From a bacterium (GTDB taxonomy: Bacteria; BMS3Abin14), in contig CP070698.1 in NCBI GenBank assembly GCA_020349685.1, positions 757,250-768,862 on the forward strand: a DNA stretch of 11,613 nucleotides. The letters are read 5' to 3'. This document shows, in pieces, positions 8,295 through 11,613 of the stretch (the first letter of the stretch is position 1; every line of letters begins with the position of its first letter). Below the pieces are notes generated by a model. That model was not told the DNA's origin. It saw only the letters and a list, made by a program, of their open reading frames with translations, and did no database searches. Position numbers and translations under genes: made by a program.

Positions 8295-9362
8295 TTGAGT
8301 CCCATACTCAAATCCGAGCGCCATCACGAGATCCTCATGGCCCTCATCCGTTTCTACATCGGAACGGCCGAGCCCGTGGGCTCCAAGACCCTCGTCGAGA
8401 GGCGGGGCCTCGCTGTCAGCCCGGCCACCGTCAGGGGCGTGCTCGCGGAGCTCGAGGCGGAAGGTTACCTGAGCCAGCCTCACACCTCCGCGGGCAGGGT
8501 CCCCACGGAAAAGGCCTACCGCTACTACGTGGACAACCTGCTGGGTCAGAGGTTCACCGATCCAAGGTCCCATATCAACAACGTCAGGCTGGCGATCAAG
8601 GGGTTTTCGGGTGTTGGGGAGGATCTCCTGAAGTGGACCTCCCGGGTCCTGTCGGACATGTCCCGTTACGCGGGTATCGTCCTTCCTCCCAAGCGGGTTC
8701 GCAGCCTCTTTAAAAAGGTGACCTTCGTCCGTATCAACAGGGACAGCGTCCTCACAGTGCTGGTCTCCGTTTCGGGAGTGACACGCAACAAGCTGGTGCG
8801 CACATCTGAGGATTTCTCCCAGTCGGCCCTCGACAGCATGTCCAACTATTTGAATCTGCGTTACACCGGCATGAGCCTGGAGGAGATGAGGCGGAGGGTG
8901 GAGGAGGACCTGGAGCAGGACCTCGAGAGTTTCGACCTGTGGATGAAGGCTGCCTTAAACCTCGGCAAGCGCATGTTCGACGGCCCGGAAACCGAGGAGG
9001 TTTACGTCGAAGGCGGCTCCCGTTTTCTGGACATGCCCGAGTTCATTTCCGACCTCGAGGGGATGAGGGGGATCTTCCGTCTCTTCGAGGAGAAGAGAGG
9101 TCTCGTGGCCCTTCTCGACCAGACCATCAAGGCCCACGACATGATGGTCTTCATAGGTTCGGAGACCGGCATGTCCGAGATGAAGGGCATGAGCCTGGTC
9201 GTCTCCACGTACGGCCGTAACACCGGGCCTCTGGGAGCTGTGGGCGTCATGGGCCCTTCGAGGATGGACTACAATCAGGTCATCCCGCTGGTCAGGTCCG
9301 CCGCGGAGGCTGTCAGCGAGAACTTTTCCGCTACCGATAATCATCAGGAGGAAAATATTTGA
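8295..9362 (+). CDS. hrcA: heat-inducible transcription repressor HrcA
   Basis: EPVGSK; SPATVR; QPHTSAGRVPTEKAYRYYVD; GVMGPSRMDY. TTG 8295 follows SD AGGAGA (8284-8289) and fits the usual N-terminus better than GTG 8262. Confidence 0.96.
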   Translation: MSPILKSERHHEILMALIRFYIGTAEPVGSKTLVERRGLAVSPATVRGVLAELEAEGYLSQPHTSAGRVPTEKAYRYYVDNLLGQRFTDPRSHINNVRLAIKGFSGVGEDLLKWTSRVLSDMSRYAGIVLPPKRVRSLFKKVTFVRINRDSVLTVLVSVSGVTRNKLVRTSEDFSQSALDSMSNYLNLRYTGMSLEEMRRRVEEDLEQDLESFDLWMKAALNLGKRMFDGPETEEVYVEGGSRFLDMPEFISDLEGMRGIFRLFEEKRGLVALLDQTIKAHDMMVFIGSETGMSEMKGMSLVVSTYGRNTGPLGAVGVMGPSRMDYNQVIPLVRSAAEAVSENFSATDNHQEENI

Positions 9363-9973
9363 ACCGTTCAGACCGCGATAACAAGGGAAACGGAGACAGG
9401 ATCGAGATCCCTGTCGCCGGTCCCGATGAGGAAAAAGTATCCGAAGCCGCCAAAGAGACGGCTGAGGAAAAAGAAACGGTGACCCTCTCCAGTGAAGAGT
9501 ACGATGCCCTCCTTCAGGAGGCCGCCCAGGCCAGGGAACAGTACCTTCTGGCAGTAGCCGATTTCGAGAACTACCGGAAAAGGGTACAGAAGGAGAAGGA
9601 GGACATCGTCTGTTTTGCCAATGAAAAGCTCATCCACGAGCTTTTGCCCATCCTTGACAACCTGCAGAGGGCCCTCTCCATGAAGCTCGATCAGGCCGGT
9701 GCCGACAGCTTCCTGGAAGGGGTGCACATGGTCAGTTCCCAGCTCCATTCCGTCCTGAGCTCCTGCGGACTGGAACCGGTGGAAGCGGTGGGGAGCCCCT
9801 TCGACCCCAAGTATCATGAGGCTGTCGGGGTCCTGCCGTCCGAGGAGCACGACGAGGGAACAGTGATCTCGGAACTCCAGAAAGGGTACAGGCTCAAGGG
9901 AAAGGTCCTGAGACCTTCCATGGTCCATGTGGCGGGCCAGCCTTCAGTTAACAAAGACTCTGGAGACAGTTGA
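9359..9973 (+). CDS. grpE: nucleotide exchange factor GrpE, 204 aa
   Basis: ADFENYRKR; [12 protein letters not shown]; FDPKYHEAV; [16 protein letters not shown]; SD AGGAGG 9346-9351; TTG start overlaps the hrcA TGA (TTGA). Confidence 0.97.
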   Translation: MNRSDRDNKGNGDRIEIPVAGPDEEKVSEAAKETAEEKETVTLSSEEYDALLQEAAQAREQYLLAVADFENYRKRVQKEKEDIVCFANEKLIHELLPILDNLQRALSMKLDQAGADSFLEGVHMVSSQLHSVLSSCGLEPVEAVGSPFDPKYHEAVGVLPSEEHDEGTVISELQKGYRLKGKVLRPSMVHVAGQPSVNKDSGDS

Positions 9974-9977
9974 GCTG

Positions 9978-11096
9978 ATGGCGGCAAAGAGGGACTACTA
10001 CGAGATCCTGGAGGTGGGGCGCGATTCCAACCCTGAGGAGATCAAGAAGGCATACAGGAGACTGGCCATCCAGTTCCACCCGGACCGCAACCCCGACAAC
10101 AAGGAAGCCGAGGATAAGTTCAAGGAGCTGAGCGAAGCGTATTCCGTCCTCTCCGACCAGGAGAAAAGGCGCCTGTATGACCAGTTCGGTCACGCCGGGG
10201 TTTCCCGGGATGGAGGGTTCCCGGGGGGCTTCGATTTTTCCGGTTCCTTTGCGGATATCTTTTCCGATATTTTCCAGGATTTCTTCGGGGGCGGCCGCCC
10301 GGGACGACAGCAAAGAGGCTACAGGGGAGACGATCTGCGTTACCGTATCGCGGTCACCTTCGAAGAGGCCGTTTTCGGTGCGGAGAAGGAGATCACCTAT
10401 CCCAGGCTCTCCGAGTGCGAGAGGTGCCTCGGGGACGGTGTGGAGCCGGGACACAGCCCCGCTACCTGCGCGATGTGTGAGGGCAGGGGCGAAGTGCGGT
10501 ACCAGCAGGCGTTCTTCACCATGGCCAGGACCTGCCCCAACTGCGGTGGCAGGGGCAAGGTTATCGAACACCCGTGCACCGGGTGCAGGGGGGAGGGCCG
10601 TAAGAGGAAACAGCGGACACTCACCGTGCGCATCCCCCCGGGTGTCGATGACGGCAACCGGCTCAGGATAAGAGGCGAGGGAGACGGAGGGGTCTCGGGC
10701 GGGGGTTCCGGAGACCTGTTCGTCCAGATCGAGGTCAAGGAGCATCCCTTCTTCATGAGGGAGAACGACGACATCATCTGCGAGGTGCCCATCAGGATGG
10801 AGGTCGCTGCTGTCGGGGGTACGGTGGAGGTTCCCACCATCGAAGGCCCCATCGAGCTCAAGATCCCCGGAGGCACCCAGCCGGGACAGGTGTTCAACCT
10901 CCGGGGCAAAGGGGTTCCCAGGCTTCACGGGTCCGGAAGGGGCGACCAGTACGTGCGCATCAACGTCGAGGTCCCGCACAAGATCAGCAAAAAACAAAAG
11001 CAGCTCCTCGAGGAGTTCACCTCCGAATCCAAATCCTCCGCCTACAAGGCGGTGTCGAGGTTTTCCAAAGAGTTTTCCAGATACAAGGGAGAGTAA
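9978..11096 (+). CDS. dnaJ: chaperone DnaJ (class A), 372 aa
   Basis: [11 protein letters not shown]-domain with HPD; G/F region with DIF motifs; four CxxCxGxG motifs; C-terminal domain; ATG 9978 lies 4 nt after the grpE stop. Confidence 0.98.
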   Translation: MAAKRDYYEILEVGRDSNPEEIKKAYRRLAIQFHPDRNPDNKEAEDKFKELSEAYSVLSDQEKRRLYDQFGHAGVSRDGGFPGGFDFSGSFADIFSDIFQDFFGGGRPGRQQRGYRGDDLRYRIAVTFEEAVFGAEKEITYPRLSECERCLGDGVEPGHSPATCAMCEGRGEVRYQQAFFTMARTCPNCGGRGKVIEHPCTGCRGEGRKRKQRTLTVRIPPGVDDGNRLRIRGEGDGGVSGGGSGDLFVQIEVKEHPFFMRENDDIICEVPIRMEVAAVGGTVEVPTIEGPIELKIPGGTQPGQVFNLRGKGVPRLHGSGRGDQYVRINVEVPHKISKKQKQLLEEFTSESKSSAYKAVSRFSKEFSRYKGE

Positions 11097-11103
11097 AGCG
11101 TCA

Positions 11104-11260
11104 GGACGCGGTGACGCGGTGAAGGGGAGACTCGGGGAGAGATCGGTATTGCCTTTGATGCGGGAAACCCTATCTCACGCAGGGGCGCTAAGTTCTCAAA
11201 GAAAATATTGAATTGGCGCAGATCAGCGTTCTTTCTCCGTGTCCCCGTGTCTCTGTGTCA
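11104..11260. repeat. inverted pair of octamer arrays NGACRCGG / CCGTGTCN
   Basis: ggacgcgg tgacgcgg tgaagggg agactcgg (11104-11135) ... ccgtgtcc ccgtgtct ctgtgtca (11237-11260). Confidence 0.75.
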
Positions 11261-11303
11261 AACGGTTCCCTCCACGCCCCGACACACTGATCCCAGGCCC
11301 TAT

Positions 11304-11338
11304 ACACCAGAAACTAGAAACTAGACACTAGACTCTAA
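11304..11338 (+). repeat. heptamer array AAACTAG x5 (degenerate)
   Basis: acaccag aaactag aaactag acactag actctaa; same family as 6733-6759. Confidence 0.8.
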
Positions 11339-11374
11339 CCTATCCCTTTCCGTTGTGCGTCCCAGCCTTTTCTG

Positions 11375-11415
11375 ATACAAATTTGTATTATTAAATTAAC
11401 ATTGTCTAAAATGTT
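11375..11415 (+). promoter_or_regulatory. AT-rich promoter region with two palindromes
   Basis: Perfect palindrome atacaaatttgtat (11375-11388); aacatt-N6-aatgtt (11398-11415); possible TTGTAT-18-TAAAAT. Confidence 0.4.
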
Positions 11416-11446
11416 TGTTGCCTGACCGGACCTGGGGAGAAGGACA

Positions 11447-11613
11447 ATGACCGCACCACCCGAGTTCAACCCCGGTGACAGGGAGCCGGAGAACAGGAGT
11501 GCCTCCTTGGAGACAGGAGCTCAGCCTCTCAGCACCCTTTCGTCGCAGACGGGTGAAGGCTTCAGGGTCAAGATCGGATGGAAAATAACAACCATCGTCG
11601 TGGTGGTGTTGAC
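11447..11613 (+). CDS. 5' part of a probable membrane-anchored protein, possibly a sensor (partial)
   Basis: Purine-rich SD ggggagaagga, then ATG 11447; frame open to the window end: MTAPPEFNPGDREPEN...GFRVKIGWKITTIVVVVL. A basic stretch followed by the start of a TM helix resembles the N-termini of sensor kinases, MCPs and cyclases. Confidence 0.65.
   Translation, partial: MTAPPEFNPGDREPENRSASLETGAQPLSTLSSQTGEGFRVKIGWKITTIVVVVL

Noticed and set aside
5625-9977. Track start sites 5625 (oppF), 8262 (hrcA) and 9927 (dnaJ)
   Set aside because: They lie in a repeat, in the leader hairpin or inside grpE; starts at 5679, 8295 and 9978 fit the family N-termini better.

Overview
GC-rich bacterial chromosomal segment; the selenocysteine tRNA and gene content suggest an anaerobic deltaproteobacterium-like organism (inference only). 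Left to right: possible 3' end of a gene; tRNA-Sec (selC, -) with its own promoter and terminator; a 40-aa ORF (+) absent from the ORF track; uvrA (-); a repeat-packed divergent intergenic region containing a probable membrane-protein pseudogene; an oppD/oppF-type ABC ATPase pair with no permease or binding-protein genes; a divergent hemW; hrcA-grpE-dnaJ with no dnaK; and the 5' end of a probable membrane protein. The most unusual signal is non-coding. Almost every intergenic gap holds short tandem arrays of 7- or 8-nt units (mostly about 4 copies, about a dozen unit families). They often occur as inverted pairs, contain or abut stop codons, and sit where Shine-Dalgarno sequences should be. 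A 70-nt element with a covarying hairpin also flanks oppD in inverted orientation. All readings are by eye.
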